Below, piece after piece: positions 20,885 to 30,922 of a stretch of 64,000 bases of DNA. The DNA is taken from positions 7,106-71,105 of the forward strand of contig JARYLT010000005.1 in NCBI GenBank assembly GCA_029907515.1, read 5' to 3'. The stretch comes from Spirochaetota bacterium. Its GTDB lineage: Bacteria > Spirochaetota > UBA4802 > UB4802. Position 1 is the stretch's first letter. Each line of letters begins with the position of its first letter. The notes beneath the pieces are model-generated. The model made no database searches. It saw only the letters and a program-made list of their open reading frames with translations, and was not told the DNA's origin. The position numbers and the translations under genes are program-made.

Positions 20885-23121
20885 TGCTTCAGCTTCTGTA
20901 ACAGCTTTTGCGCCTTGATATTGCCAGGATCAGCTTCAAGTATTTTGTTACAGTATTCTATGGCGTCACTGGTTTTATGTAAGGAAGCACAAATAGCAGC
21001 CATAACATAAAGCGCTGGAATGTATGATGGCCGTAAGGCAAGCGAGTGAGTTGCAGCTTTATATGCTTCTTCATAATTGTGTAACTTATACTGAGCTATC
21101 GCCAACAAATATTGAGCCATACTGTCATCAGGTTTTTTTGCCACATACTCAGTTAAGTGAACCACAGCATTACTGTAGCGGCGTGTGTAAATATATGAAC
21201 GGGCTAACAGCAATAATGAGGTCATATCTTCTGGATTCATAATGACCCCCCGCTTCAGTTCATCTATTGCAAGAGTGTATTTCTTTTGGGCGTAAAGTTC
21301 CTGCCCTTTTTCACGATGCTGCAGTGCACTATGCATGATGGGATCAAGTTCAAGCAGCACAAATGTCATGTCATCCCGTGGTGGTGTGCCACCCAAAAAT
21401 TTTTCCCATTGCTCAATTATGTACTCCTTTGCATCATCAATGGGCATATCAAGAGTTTCCAGAAGAAGTTTTTCAACCCGTTCATCGCCAAACTCTTCAT
21501 TGTTCCAGTTACGTGATTCCGGAAGCCCATCAGTATACAAAAATACCCTGTCACCAGGTTCCAGTATCCCAAAATTATCCTCAAAAAGCCCTCCAATCTC
21601 TTCATTGGGAAGAGCACCTAAAAATATTCCACCAGTATCCCAGTATTCCAGACGACCGCTATTGCGTTTACACACAAGCGCTTTACGGTGTGATCCATTT
21701 GCATACATGACGTCATAGGTGGGAAATATTACCATGAAAAATACTGTTGCGTATTCCTGTGTGCGGATAATATTGACAAGCTGATTATTGACATCAGCAA
21801 ATATGCGTCGTGGAAGCATGTATTTACGGCATGATTCATGGAAGCTAATTTTAACCATGGTGCTGATAAGTGCAGCGGGAATACCATGACCGGACACATC
21901 GGCAATTAAAACCCCTAAGCAGTCGTTGGGCATGCGTATGATATCATACAAATCACCGCCAATATCACTGGAAGCACGGTTGTATGCAAGAACCTTTATT
22001 GCATTAAACACAACCGGTGTTTGCGGCAATATTCCCTGCTGAATGCTTGCAGCTATTTTTAACTCTTTTGCAATTAAATCATTTTTTTCCTTCAATGCTA
22101 TCAGGGCCTGATTCAATTCTTTTGTCCGCTCTTCAACCTTTTGTTCCAGATTTCTACGTATGTCATTAACCTCATACGCAGCAGCTAAAAAGCCTTTGCT
22201 GGTGTTGATAAGTTCTTTATCTAGATAGGGAAGAAACAATGAACCGCTGCCGCCCCGCGCAAGATCTATTGCAGCAGACTCAATTTCACTCAATGATTCT
22301 TCAATTGACAGCAGGTAAAAAAACAAAATAACAAATACAATAAATCCTGTGATAACGATAAACAAAATGGGTATTGGTGAAAATATGTCATAATTATTAT
22401 AGTATATCATAAGTCCTAACTCAAGCATTGCTACCAGAACCATGATGTTAATGAATATAAATTTTCCCCGTATACTTAAGATATAGCGTTCATTAAATGA
22501 AATGCCACGCTTTACCAAAAGCCACTTTACCTTACGGCGCATCCTTCCTGATAAAAGTTCGGCAACAATATAGGTTAAAAATACATAGATGAATATTGCT
22601 GAAGAAATACCAAGCAAAAGAAATAATGCATTAGTAAAAGCTCCTTTTATGGCTTCATACACACATACTCCTGCCATCACAATTGAGGGATAAATTAATG
22701 CTGCCGTCATATTATCACGTGGCAGATGTTCAAGAGCTTCCAGCAATCGTACTGCTTCAGTATCATCAATTGTCTGATGAAGCGTATTATGTACTATATA
22801 CGTATTAATGAGAGAAAGCCGTTTTGTAAAACAGGGAACTCCTGCGTTATACAATAATCCAAAATGTATATAGTATAAGGGAGCATAGATAAAAAGCGTC
22901 ATACCTGAAAAAAGGATTACGAAATTCTGGCCTGTATTGCTCACATCAAACCTGACAGTAGCATACAAAAAAAGTGCTATGTACGCTGCAATAATAAAGC
23001 CACCCAAACTTGTAGTAAATGCTATAGCAAAGGTATAGGTAATCCGTTCGCTTATAAAATTAAATATGGCAAAAAAAGGCTTAATTGCCCATGTTTCAAA
23101 TTTTTGTATGGATATCATCAT
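20881..23121 (-). CDS. Membrane-bound SpoIIE/PP2C phosphatase with C-terminal TPRs
   Basis: About 6 TM segments, coiled coil, 'GGDLYD', 'ADVSGHG', 'YTDGL', 'DDMT', then TPR repeats. Confidence 0.88.
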   Translation of the reverse strand: MMISIQKFETWAIKPFFAIFNFISERITYTFAIAFTTSLGGFIIAAYIALFLYATVRFDVSNTGQNFVILFSGMTLFIYAPLYYIHFGLLYNAGVPCFTKRLSLINTYIVHNTLHQTIDDTEAVRLLEALEHLPRDNMTAALIYPSIVMAGVCVYEAIKGAFTNALFLLLGISSAIFIYVFLTYIVAELLSGRMRRKVKWLLVKRGISFNERYILSIRGKFIFINIMVLVAMLELGLMIYYNNYDIFSPIPILFIVITGFIVFVILFFYLLSIEESLSEIESAAIDLARGGSGSLFLPYLDKELINTSKGFLAAAYEVNDIRRNLEQKVEERTKELNQALIALKEKNDLIAKELKIAASIQQGILPQTPVVFNAIKVLAYNRASSDIGGDLYDIIRMPNDCLGVLIADVSGHGIPAALISTMVKISFHESCRKYMLPRRIFADVNNQLVNIIRTQEYATVFFMVIFPTYDVMYANGSHRKALVCKRNSGRLEYWDTGGIFLGALPNEEIGGLFEDNFGILEPGDRVFLYTDGLPESRNWNNEEFGDERVEKLLLETLDMPIDDAKEYIIEQWEKFLGGTPPRDDMTFVLLELDPIMHSALQHREKGQELYAQKKYTLAIDELKRGVIMNPEDMTSLLLLARSYIYTRRYSNAVVHLTEYVAKKPDDSMAQYLLAIAQYKLHNYEEAYKAATHSLALRPSYIPALYVMAAICASLHKTSDAIEYCNKILEADPGNIKAQKLLQKLKH

Positions 23122-23291
23122 CAACTATCCTGATAGTACAAGTATTTTAGATATTTAGTATATTCTTGTAAATTGTAGTATATCATACTAAAAAAATCAA
23201 TTAAAAAAATTTTTATATTTCACAGTACTTACCTCCATGGCAGCCACTATTTGTTTTTATTGTTTATAAAATAATTTATTTGATTTTACTA

Positions 23292-23321
23292 TTGACTCAG
23301 TAATCTTTTTAGTGATATACT
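23292..23321 (+). promoter_or_regulatory. Putative sigma70 promoter
   Basis: TTGACT-18 nt-TATACT with a TG extended -10. Confidence 0.5.
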
Positions 23322-23362
23322 TATGATATTGAATATTTTTAAAAAAATCTGGTTATATTTAA

Positions 23363-24961
23363 ATGCAACAAATCTCACATACTAAATCATCAATTGCAGT
23401 ATTAGTGGTAGATGATGAAGAATCAATCAGAACCATATTATCCCGCTATCTTGCACTGAAAGGGTATACAGTACTTACCGCTCCTGACGGTAATCAGGCA
23501 ATGGAGATTCTTCATTCACAGCCAGTTGACCTTGTCCTTACCGATTTAATGATGCCCAATGTTAACGGCCGGGAGCTTCTTCAGAAGATGGCAGAGCTTT
23601 TCCCTGAAATCCCTAAAATAGTGTTAAGTGGCTACGGCACCAATGAAGACATGCTTGTAGCTCTGAAAACAGGAGCGTATGACTTTATCCAGAAGCCGCT
23701 TACCGATTTTGAAATACTGGATAAAGCCGTTGAACGTGCTGTTGAAAGTAAACTCCTCAAGGAAGAGCGTGATCGCTACATACAACAGTTAACCTATCTT
23801 AACGATATCATTGGATTTTTAAATAAAGGCGTTTCACTTGAACAAATCTTTGACATCATTGCCAGCCGTATGAAAAAGGCTATCCCTTTCAATCGTCTGG
23901 CGATAGCTCTTATTAATGATGCAGGGCTGGTAGAGACCACACTGGTTTCTTCTGATAAACCAGTGTTAATTAAACCTGGTGCAACTTTCCCCTTAGAAGA
24001 ATCATCACTGGTACTGGTAGCACAAACAAAAAAATATGATATTATCAGTGATTTAGAGGAATATAGTAAAAAACACAATTCTGAAAAGGCCAGACTACTA
24101 CTGCAGGAAGGCATGCAATCGACCATGACAGTACCACTTGTAGTCGGAGGCAGGCTCAAAGGCTTTTTACTGTTTGCATCGTGCAACAAAAATGCATTTG
24201 CACCGGAGCATGTTCAATTTGCTGAAACAATAAGTGGCCACATTGTTTTCAGCCTCCAACGGGGAGAACTGTTGCATCAGCTTGATATGTACAATAAAAA
24301 GTTAGAAGAAATAGTTAAGATACGTACCCATCAGTTATTAAAAACACAAAAAGCCACAATATTTGCATTGAGCAGTTTAGCAGAACTTCGCGACCCTGAA
24401 ACAGGCTATCACCTGGAGCGCATCCGTGGGTATTGTATGTTGCTGGCACAAATTGCCAAATATACTGGTGGATTTTTAGAAATTAACAACCAGTTTTTAC
24501 GCGACCTGTATGATTCTTCAATTTTACATGATATTGGCAAAGTTGGTATTCCTGACAATATACTATTGAAACCAGGCAAGCTGACCCATGAAGAATTTGA
24601 AATAATTAAAACACACACTACTATTGGCTATAATTCGTTAAAACGGGCTTCTGAAGAAATGGGGCGCGATTCATTTCTCAATATGGCAATGGACGTAACA
24701 TTGTACCATCATGAAGCATGGGATGGTTCTGGGTATCCCCACGCACTATCGGGAGAAGACATACCACTTGCTGCCCGCATTGTAACCATTGCTGATGTAT
24801 ATGATGCCCTTACAACCGTGCGCCCATATAAGGCAGCCTTTGACCATCAAAAAGCACTTTCTATTATGCAAGAAGAGGCTCATCGCTACGATCCTAAACT
24901 CTTTGAATTGTTTATACAAAATGCAGACGATTTTGATGAAATTCGCAATAAGTATCAGTAA
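23363..24961 (+). CDS. REC-GAF-HD-GYP c-di-GMP phosphodiesterase response regulator
   Basis: REC 'VVDD...TDLMMP', GAF domain, 'HDIGK', 'HHEAWDGSGYP', 'ADVYDAL'. Confidence 0.92.
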   Translation: MQQISHTKSSIAVLVVDDEESIRTILSRYLALKGYTVLTAPDGNQAMEILHSQPVDLVLTDLMMPNVNGRELLQKMAELFPEIPKIVLSGYGTNEDMLVALKTGAYDFIQKPLTDFEILDKAVERAVESKLLKEERDRYIQQLTYLNDIIGFLNKGVSLEQIFDIIASRMKKAIPFNRLAIALINDAGLVETTLVSSDKPVLIKPGATFPLEESSLVLVAQTKKYDIISDLEEYSKKHNSEKARLLLQEGMQSTMTVPLVVGGRLKGFLLFASCNKNAFAPEHVQFAETISGHIVFSLQRGELLHQLDMYNKKLEEIVKIRTHQLLKTQKATIFALSSLAELRDPETGYHLERIRGYCMLLAQIAKYTGGFLEINNQFLRDLYDSSILHDIGKVGIPDNILLKPGKLTHEEFEIIKTHTTIGYNSLKRASEEMGRDSFLNMAMDVTLYHHEAWDGSGYPHALSGEDIPLAARIVTIADVYDALTTVRPYKAAFDHQKALSIMQEEAHRYDPKLFELFIQNADDFDEIRNKYQ

Positions 24962-24981
24962 TGTCTTTATAGGAGAATTGT

Positions 24982-25830
24982 ATGCAATCATATTATCACT
25001 TTGGCAGCGCTATTACTCCATCAGTAAAAAAAATAATTATATTTACATCCATTATTTATATTATACAGCTTATTGGGAATATCATTACCCCAGGATTTGT
25101 TGAAACTACATTCGGTATAAATCACATTGGTTTTATTCATCAGTTGAAACTATGGCAACCTTTAACCTACATGTTTCTTCATGGTAATTTCTTCCATATA
25201 TTTTTTAACATGTTTGCCCTGTGGATGTTTGGTGGTGATTTAGAAGAACTTTTTGGCAGTAAAAATTTTACCAAATATTACCTGTACAGCGGGATAGGTG
25301 CAGGTTTATGTATAGCACTTATGAATTATTATATTTTTGACAGCTATGGATACAGCCCCATTACCATAGGAGCCTCAGGCGCAATATATGCACTACTTCT
25401 TGCATATGGCATGATATGGCCAGAAAGGGAGGTGCTTTTATACTTTCTATTCCCTATCAAGATGAAATATCTGTTATTAATATTTGGGGGCATAGAATTT
25501 TTTGGCACATTAGCTTCAGCATCGGGGGCAGGTGGGAACATCAGTCATATTGGGCATGTAGGTGGACTTATCACCGGATTTATCCTATTAAAATCAAAAT
25601 TCTGGTACAAACGTGTTTCCTTAAACCCCTTTGATTCACTGTTCAGGAACTATCGCTTAGCACGCCACAAAAAAAGAATTGAAGAGCGCATAAAAGCCAA
25701 AGAGATCATTGACACACTCTTAGATAAAATTACCCGCTATGGCTATGGGTCATTATCTCCTGAAGAAAAGCGCCAGTTAGAATGGGCCCGCAAACACTTC
25801 TATCCCAGCAATAATGACATCATCCATTAG
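24982..25830 (+). CDS. Rhomboid family intramembrane serine protease
   Basis: 'HIFFNM', catalytic 'GASG', 'HIGHVGG', C-terminal soluble 'IDTLLDKI..YGYGSLS' extension. Confidence 0.92.
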   Translation: MQSYYHFGSAITPSVKKIIIFTSIIYIIQLIGNIITPGFVETTFGINHIGFIHQLKLWQPLTYMFLHGNFFHIFFNMFALWMFGGDLEELFGSKNFTKYYLYSGIGAGLCIALMNYYIFDSYGYSPITIGASGAIYALLLAYGMIWPEREVLLYFLFPIKMKYLLLIFGGIEFFGTLASASGAGGNISHIGHVGGLITGFILLKSKFWYKRVSLNPFDSLFRNYRLARHKKRIEERIKAKEIIDTLLDKITRYGYGSLSPEEKRQLEWARKHFYPSNNDIIH

Positions 25831-25922
25831 GTATTGGCGATAGTAACCGGGGATAAATTACTTCTTGACAACAAGCTCTGTTGTGGCACCATCGTTGTAT
25901 TATTTTTGCCATGAGGTGCCCC

Positions 25923-27218
25923 ATGTACTGGAACAAGGATATTGAAACAATAAGCCGTAAAGACTTAGAAGCGTTGCAACTCAAAAAATTGCATAAAGCA
26001 TTGCAGGCTACAAGTACTACACCATTTTATAAAAAGGTTTTTGAAGAAAATCACATCAATATTGACGCCATAAAGACACTTGAACATATTAAAGACCTGC
26101 CATTCACCTCAAAGAATGATCTTCGTTTGAGCTATCCTGATGGCATGGTGGCTGTCCCCAGGAAAGAAATAGTTCGCATGCACGCATCATCGGGAACAAC
26201 CGGCAAATCAACAGTTATATTCTATACTGCAAAGGACATAAAAGATTGGGCTGACTTAGTTGCACGATGCATGGTTGCAACCGGTGCAACACCTGACGAT
26301 GTATTCCAGAATATGATGGGATACGGGCTTTTTACTGGTGGGCTGGGCTTACATTATGGTGCAGAGCTGTTAGGTTGCATGGTCATCCCAGCAGCTTCGG
26401 GAAATACGCTGCGCCAGATTCAACTGATGCAGGATTTTGAAACAACTATCATCCATATTACCCCTAGCTATTGCCTGCACCTGGTGGAAGTAATCCGGGC
26501 TGAAGGTATTGATCCGTATGCAATGACCGTCAAAAAAGCATACCTTGGTGCGGAACCCTATTCAGAAGCAACCCGAAAAAAGATTGAAGAGCAGTTTGGC
26601 ATTGATGCGTATAATTCATATGGCTTAAGTGAAATGAATGGCCCGGGTGTTGCGTTTGAGTGCACCTATAAAAATGGTATGCACATCTGGGAGGATTACT
26701 ATATTGTTGAGATAATTAATCCTGATACTGGCGAAGTACTCCCACCCGGCGAAGAAGGAGAACTGGTACTTACGCACATCAATCGTGAAGCAATGCCCAT
26801 CATCCGCTATCGCACGCGAGATCTTACCCGTCTTATACCTGAGCCATGCCCATGTGGACGCACCCATTACCGCATTGACCGCATTAAAGGACGTACTGAT
26901 GATATGCTGATAGTGAGCGGTGTAAACGTATTCCCATCACAGATTGAAACGGTACTCATGAAATTCCCTGAGGTTGGCAACAACTATCAAATAATCCTGG
27001 ACAGAGAAAATAACCTGGACAGGATGCATATTAAAGTTGAGCTGTATTCAAAGCTTTTCCATGGCGATATTAAAGAAATTGAACGGATTAAAAACAGGCT
27101 TAAAGAGGCATTGAAAGCGCTGATCACCATTAATCCCCGCATTGAGCTTTTAGAACCGGGTTCGCTGCCACCAAGCGAGGGGAAAGCAAAACGTGTTATT
27201 GATAACCGTACGCTATAA
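25923..27218 (+). CDS. paaK: Phenylacetate--CoA ligase family protein
   Basis: 'HASSGTTGK', 'YGLSEMNGPG', 'RYRTRD', 'GRTDDM'. Start chosen after GAGGTG. Confidence 0.9.
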   Translation: MYWNKDIETISRKDLEALQLKKLHKALQATSTTPFYKKVFEENHINIDAIKTLEHIKDLPFTSKNDLRLSYPDGMVAVPRKEIVRMHASSGTTGKSTVIFYTAKDIKDWADLVARCMVATGATPDDVFQNMMGYGLFTGGLGLHYGAELLGCMVIPAASGNTLRQIQLMQDFETTIIHITPSYCLHLVEVIRAEGIDPYAMTVKKAYLGAEPYSEATRKKIEEQFGIDAYNSYGLSEMNGPGVAFECTYKNGMHIWEDYYIVEIINPDTGEVLPPGEEGELVLTHINREAMPIIRYRTRDLTRLIPEPCPCGRTHYRIDRIKGRTDDMLIVSGVNVFPSQIETVLMKFPEVGNNYQIILDRENNLDRMHIKVELYSKLFHGDIKEIERIKNRLKEALKALITINPRIELLEPGSLPPSEGKAKRVIDNRTL

Positions 27219-27239
27219 TACTGTAAGGGGAGGTATCAT

Positions 27240-27668
27240 ATGGCATTCCAGGTATCAGTATTTGCTGAGAATAAACCCGGCAAAATTGAAAAAATAACAA
27301 GTATACTGGCAAAGCAAAATATTAATATCAGGGCTATCACCATAAATGATTCAGGTGATTATGGTATTATCAAGCTGCTATTGGACAGGCCCGAAGATGG
27401 ATGCACTGCTCTGAAAGAAGAAGGCGTTGCCGCCACGTTGAAAGAGATAGTAGCTGTGAAAATAGGCGATAAACCCGGAAGCCTTCATAAAGTAGCAGCC
27501 ATTCTTAAAGACCATGCAATCAATGTTGATGATGCCTATGGCTTTACAGTTAAGCCTCATGAAGAATCTGTATTTGTATTCCAGGTTGATAATCCAAAAG
27601 CAGCTGAAAAAGTCCTTAAAGATGCAGGGTATCAATTACTGGCTGACAAGGAATTATATTTGTTGTAG
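27240..27668 (+). CDS. Tandem ACT-domain protein (usual paaK neighbour)
   Basis: 'QVSVFAENKPG' and 'DKPGSL' ACT repeats. Confidence 0.88.
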   Translation: MAFQVSVFAENKPGKIEKITSILAKQNINIRAITINDSGDYGIIKLLLDRPEDGCTALKEEGVAATLKEIVAVKIGDKPGSLHKVAAILKDHAINVDDAYGFTVKPHEESVFVFQVDNPKAAEKVLKDAGYQLLADKELYLL

Positions 27669-27784
27669 ACAGTGTTTTCTTTCAGGTAGCAAGATTCTTC
27701 AGTCGTCCCGGTGAAACCGGGGATACTTAACAATTATATTTATATCAATTTCAATTTTTTACATTTTAATAAGGAGGAGCTTAC

Positions 27785-28150
27785 ATGAAACAATATATTT
27801 CTATATTATTTTTTATTAGCTTTGCCTTTATCCTGCTTTCATGTTCACAGCAGATCAGCATACAGGGAAAGCCGGATGTACTGATAAAAAAATACCTTAA
27901 AGATGACTCAACCTATGTCATTATGTGTAAGGGATATCCAAAACCCGATACAACAGGCATTCAGGCAACTGAAACAGCCAAAGAAGCAGCACTACTCAAT
28001 GCCCAGTATATTGCCCGTGGTATTTTTTCTGAAGAAGTTGATGTTATCAAAGATGGTATTGTAGATGGCTTTTCAATCAATCCAGATTATGTAGTTATCA
28101 CATATTCAATACGTCATCCCAATATTAAGCGATATATACGGGATGAATAG
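27785..28150 (+). CDS. Hypothetical lipoprotein
   Basis: AGGAGGAG RBS; lipobox 'ILLS-C'. Confidence 0.75.
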   Translation: MKQYISILFFISFAFILLSCSQQISIQGKPDVLIKKYLKDDSTYVIMCKGYPKPDTTGIQATETAKEAALLNAQYIARGIFSEEVDVIKDGIVDGFSINPDYVVITYSIRHPNIKRYIRDE

Positions 28151-28171
28151 TATCTTTAAGGATTATGCCTT

Positions 28172-28215
28172 AAAAATAAAAAGGGGGATGTTTTTAACGT
28201 CCCCCTTTTTATTTT
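28172..28215. terminator. Bidirectional intrinsic terminator
   Basis: AAAATAAAAAGGGGGATG...CGTCCCCCTTTTTATTTT between convergent genes, with a U-tract in both directions. Confidence 0.9.
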
Positions 28216-28229
28216 GAATGTAAGTGTAA

Positions 28230-28382
28230 TTACTTCTGTGCTGGAGCTTCTGCTGGAGCCTGTTCTGCTGGCTGTTCCTGAACCTGCTGCTCAGGAGCTG
28301 GAGCTTCTTCTTTCTTGCAGCCAACAAATGCTACAGCAACTGCGAAAACAGCAATAAGAATAAGAGATGCGAATTTCTTCAT
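28230..28382 (-). CDS. Small (50 aa) Ala/Pro/Glu/Gln-rich lipoprotein, missing from the ORF track
   Basis: Manual translation MKKFASLILIAVFAVAVAFVGCKKEEAPAPEQQVQEQPAEQAPAEAPAQK*. AAGGAG RBS, lipobox FVG-C, terminator directly downstream. Confidence 0.88.
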   Translation of the reverse strand: MKKFASLILIAVFAVAVAFVGCKKEEAPAPEQQVQEQPAEQAPAEAPAQK

Positions 28383-28472
28383 GGCGTTACTCCTTTTATA
28401 ATATTAAAAATTTATTGTGTTTGAGTATGGCTACACCAATAAACACAGCCATATAAAAAAATCAAGTATATA

Positions 28473-28868
28473 TTAAAAAAATTTTTTCTGGTATGTTGAA
28501 CGGCATGTTGCTGATTCCCATACCGTCACGCTGAGTACATTAATGTTCGTTGCATGATTTTGAGAATATTGTTTTAACATTTTTTCAATTTTCTGATATA
28601 TAATTTTAGATAGCAATTCTGAACTGGGGTTCTGGTGAGCAAACTCTTGTATATCATTTAAATTTTTGTGATCAAACTCCTGTAATACTGTTTTCAGCAT
28701 GTCTTTCAGATCATGGAAATCAATTAATATTCCTATATCATTAAGTTTATGCCCATACACCGATACTTCTACTTTCCAGTTGTGGCCATGAATATTCTCA
28801 CATTTCCCCTTGTACCCTTTTAACTGATGGGCTGCTGAAATATAATCTTCTATTGTTAAAATGTACAT
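28473..28868 (-). CDS. queD: 6-carboxytetrahydropterin synthase
   Basis: 'SAAHQL..YKGKCENIHGHNW', 'DHKNLN', 'NPSSE', 'WES'. Confidence 0.92.
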   Translation of the reverse strand: MYILTIEDYISAAHQLKGYKGKCENIHGHNWKVEVSVYGHKLNDIGILIDFHDLKDMLKTVLQEFDHKNLNDIQEFAHQNPSSELLSKIIYQKIEKMLKQYSQNHATNINVLSVTVWESATCRSTYQKKFF

Positions 28869-28890
28869 TCCTGTGCTCCTGATCAATCGT

Positions 28891-29925
28891 TTATGCAAAC
28901 ATAGTCAACACCCTGCTTACTTTTTCTATCTCACGTTTGGTAAGTGTGGGGTAGATGGGCAACGAAAAAAGTTTTTTTGACAATCTGTCACTGTGTGGAT
29001 AATCCAGATTCCTGAGTTTACAGTACTGATGCAAAGGAACTTCAACAGGATGGAATATCTCAATGCCATTCTTTTTAAAGAATTTTTCTGCTATATCAGG
29101 TTGTGCATCAAAGAGTACCGGGAAAGCCTGATACGTGCAGTGATCGTTATATGCATATACTGTGGTATGATGTGTTTTGTTCAATGCATCATAGTATATA
29201 CGGGCAATATCACGTCTTCGCCTGACAAAATCTTTTAGTTTAAGCAACTGGTTTAAGCCAAGAGCAGCATGGAGGTCGCTCATGCAATATTCAAACCCGG
29301 GAATATGAGAATGCGGCACACCATTTCGAACATCACGTATGTATGAATAATGGCGCGAATTATTGGTAAATACCATTGCGCCCATTTCTGTTGTAATCAT
29401 CATCGATGGCGAAAATGATGCAATTGCAATCGATGGTGATGGCAGGAAGATGTCAGCAGTGTCCATACCTATGGCATGTGATATATCAAGGACTACTGGA
29501 ACGGAACTATCGCCCAAATCAAAACCAAGTGGTATGCCAAACATGTGGCCCAACACAATTGCTTTAGTTTTTTGTGTAATAGCCTTCTGGATTAATTCCG
29601 GTGAAGGATGATATGCGCCTTCAGCAATATCAATTAATACCGGTGTTGCACCAACCAGATGGCATGCCTTTAATGGCGCTTCATGAAAAAAAGATGGCAT
29701 TATGATCTCATCACCCACTGTAACACCCAGCGCCATAAAGGCACAGTGATATGCCGCAGTAACTGAATTGGTTGCCAGAGCATACTTCATTCCCAATAGA
29801 TTTCCCAGTGCCTGTTCAAATTGCTTCACAACAGCACCGGATGCCAGAGTATCCTGAATAAGACAATCAAGTACGCCTTCCAGTTCCTTTCGTGTAATAG
29901 TTGGTTTGCTTGAAACTATTTTCAT
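28891..29925 (-). CDS. DegT/DnrJ/EryC1/StrS aminotransferase-like protein lacking the PLP lysine
   Basis: Fold motifs 'GATPVLIDI', 'TKAIV..HMFG', 'SLPIYPTL' are present, but the canonical SF..TK is SFSPSM. Confidence 0.8.
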   Translation of the reverse strand: MKIVSSKPTITRKELEGVLDCLIQDTLASGAVVKQFEQALGNLLGMKYALATNSVTAAYHCAFMALGVTVGDEIIMPSFFHEAPLKACHLVGATPVLIDIAEGAYHPSPELIQKAITQKTKAIVLGHMFGIPLGFDLGDSSVPVVLDISHAIGMDTADIFLPSPSIAIASFSPSMMITTEMGAMVFTNNSRHYSYIRDVRNGVPHSHIPGFEYCMSDLHAALGLNQLLKLKDFVRRRRDIARIYYDALNKTHHTTVYAYNDHCTYQAFPVLFDAQPDIAEKFFKKNGIEIFHPVEVPLHQYCKLRNLDYPHSDRLSKKLFSLPIYPTLTKREIEKVSRVLTMFA

Positions 29926-30086
29926 GGTTCTCTATTGCCTACTATATAATATTCAAATGAAACGTACATGTGCGTATTATTAAAAATTGGTCAAGCATCA
30001 TTTGGCAAGAATAAAAATTAAATCAAGCAACGGGTACGTTATTCCGATACTACACATAGTATAGGTATTATCAAAGGAGGCATTCA

Positions 30087-30914
30087 ATGCGTAAATTTTT
30101 ATTAGTACAGGTGGCGATAGTCGTTGTAGCAGCTTTTGCTATTTCATGTGCACCTAATAATGTCATGACCAAGCGTGACGAAACATATACATTTGACCAG
30201 ATGAGCGCACAGGATGAGACCCCTGTATATTCTGATATGGAACCAACTCAAATATCATCAAATAGTAGCGATAGCTCATATTATCAGGTAGGCATAGCAA
30301 GCTGGTATGGACGCGAGTTCCAGGGAAGGCTCACCGCATCAGGAGAACCATTTGATATGAACAAATATACTGCAGCGCACCGCACCCTTCCATTTGGCAG
30401 TGTTATACTTGTCACCAATCTTGAAAATGGTAAAAAGGTAAAATGTACTGTTAATGACAGAGGACCATTCAAGAAAAACCGCGTTCTTGATGTATCATAT
30501 AAGGCTGCAAAGGATCTGGATATGCTTACTACTGGCGAAGCTAAAGTGGGCATTACAGTTCTTTCATACGGCAACAATACACAGCCAGGAACAAAGTCAC
30601 ATGATGTTGGAGTATTTGGCCAGCCTGTTGATAATGACAATGACAGCTCAAACAATGCAGGCATGGAGTCAAAACAATTCACTGGACTGGCATTGCAAAC
30701 AGGTGCATTTTATTCAAAAGCTAATGCGTTAAAACTTAAAGAAAAGATTGAAGGACTTATTGACAAGCCCGTTACTGTAGTACAGGAAGGCTATTATTAT
30801 AAAGTCCGCATCACCAATATGAATGAAAATGAAGTTTCACGTTATATTAAAGTTTTGAAAAAAAATGACATTCCTTCATATAAAGTAACAATTAATGAAA
30901 GCATGAATGATTAG
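30087..30914 (+). CDS. rlpA: Septal ring lytic transglycosylase RlpA lipoprotein with SPOR domain
   Basis: Lipobox AIS-C, 'GIASWYG', 'TAAHRTLPFG', 'VNDRGPF', C-terminal 'LQTGAF'. Confidence 0.92.
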   Translation: MRKFLLVQVAIVVVAAFAISCAPNNVMTKRDETYTFDQMSAQDETPVYSDMEPTQISSNSSDSSYYQVGIASWYGREFQGRLTASGEPFDMNKYTAAHRTLPFGSVILVTNLENGKKVKCTVNDRGPFKKNRVLDVSYKAAKDLDMLTTGEAKVGITVLSYGNNTQPGTKSHDVGVFGQPVDNDNDSSNNAGMESKQFTGLALQTGAFYSKANALKLKEKIEGLIDKPVTVVQEGYYYKVRITNMNENEVSRYIKVLKKNDIPSYKVTINESMND

Positions 30915-30922
30915 ATACATAC

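Noticed and set aside
27705-27724. TCCCGGT-GAA-ACCGGGGA hairpin as a riboswitch for the downstream lipoprotein
   Set aside because: A single short stem with no aptamer consensus. It is most simply a 3' stabilising or terminating hairpin of paaK-ACT.
28869-28930. preQ1 riboswitch before queD
   Set aside because: Only about 22 bp separate it from the upstream gene, and no preQ1 consensus is visible.
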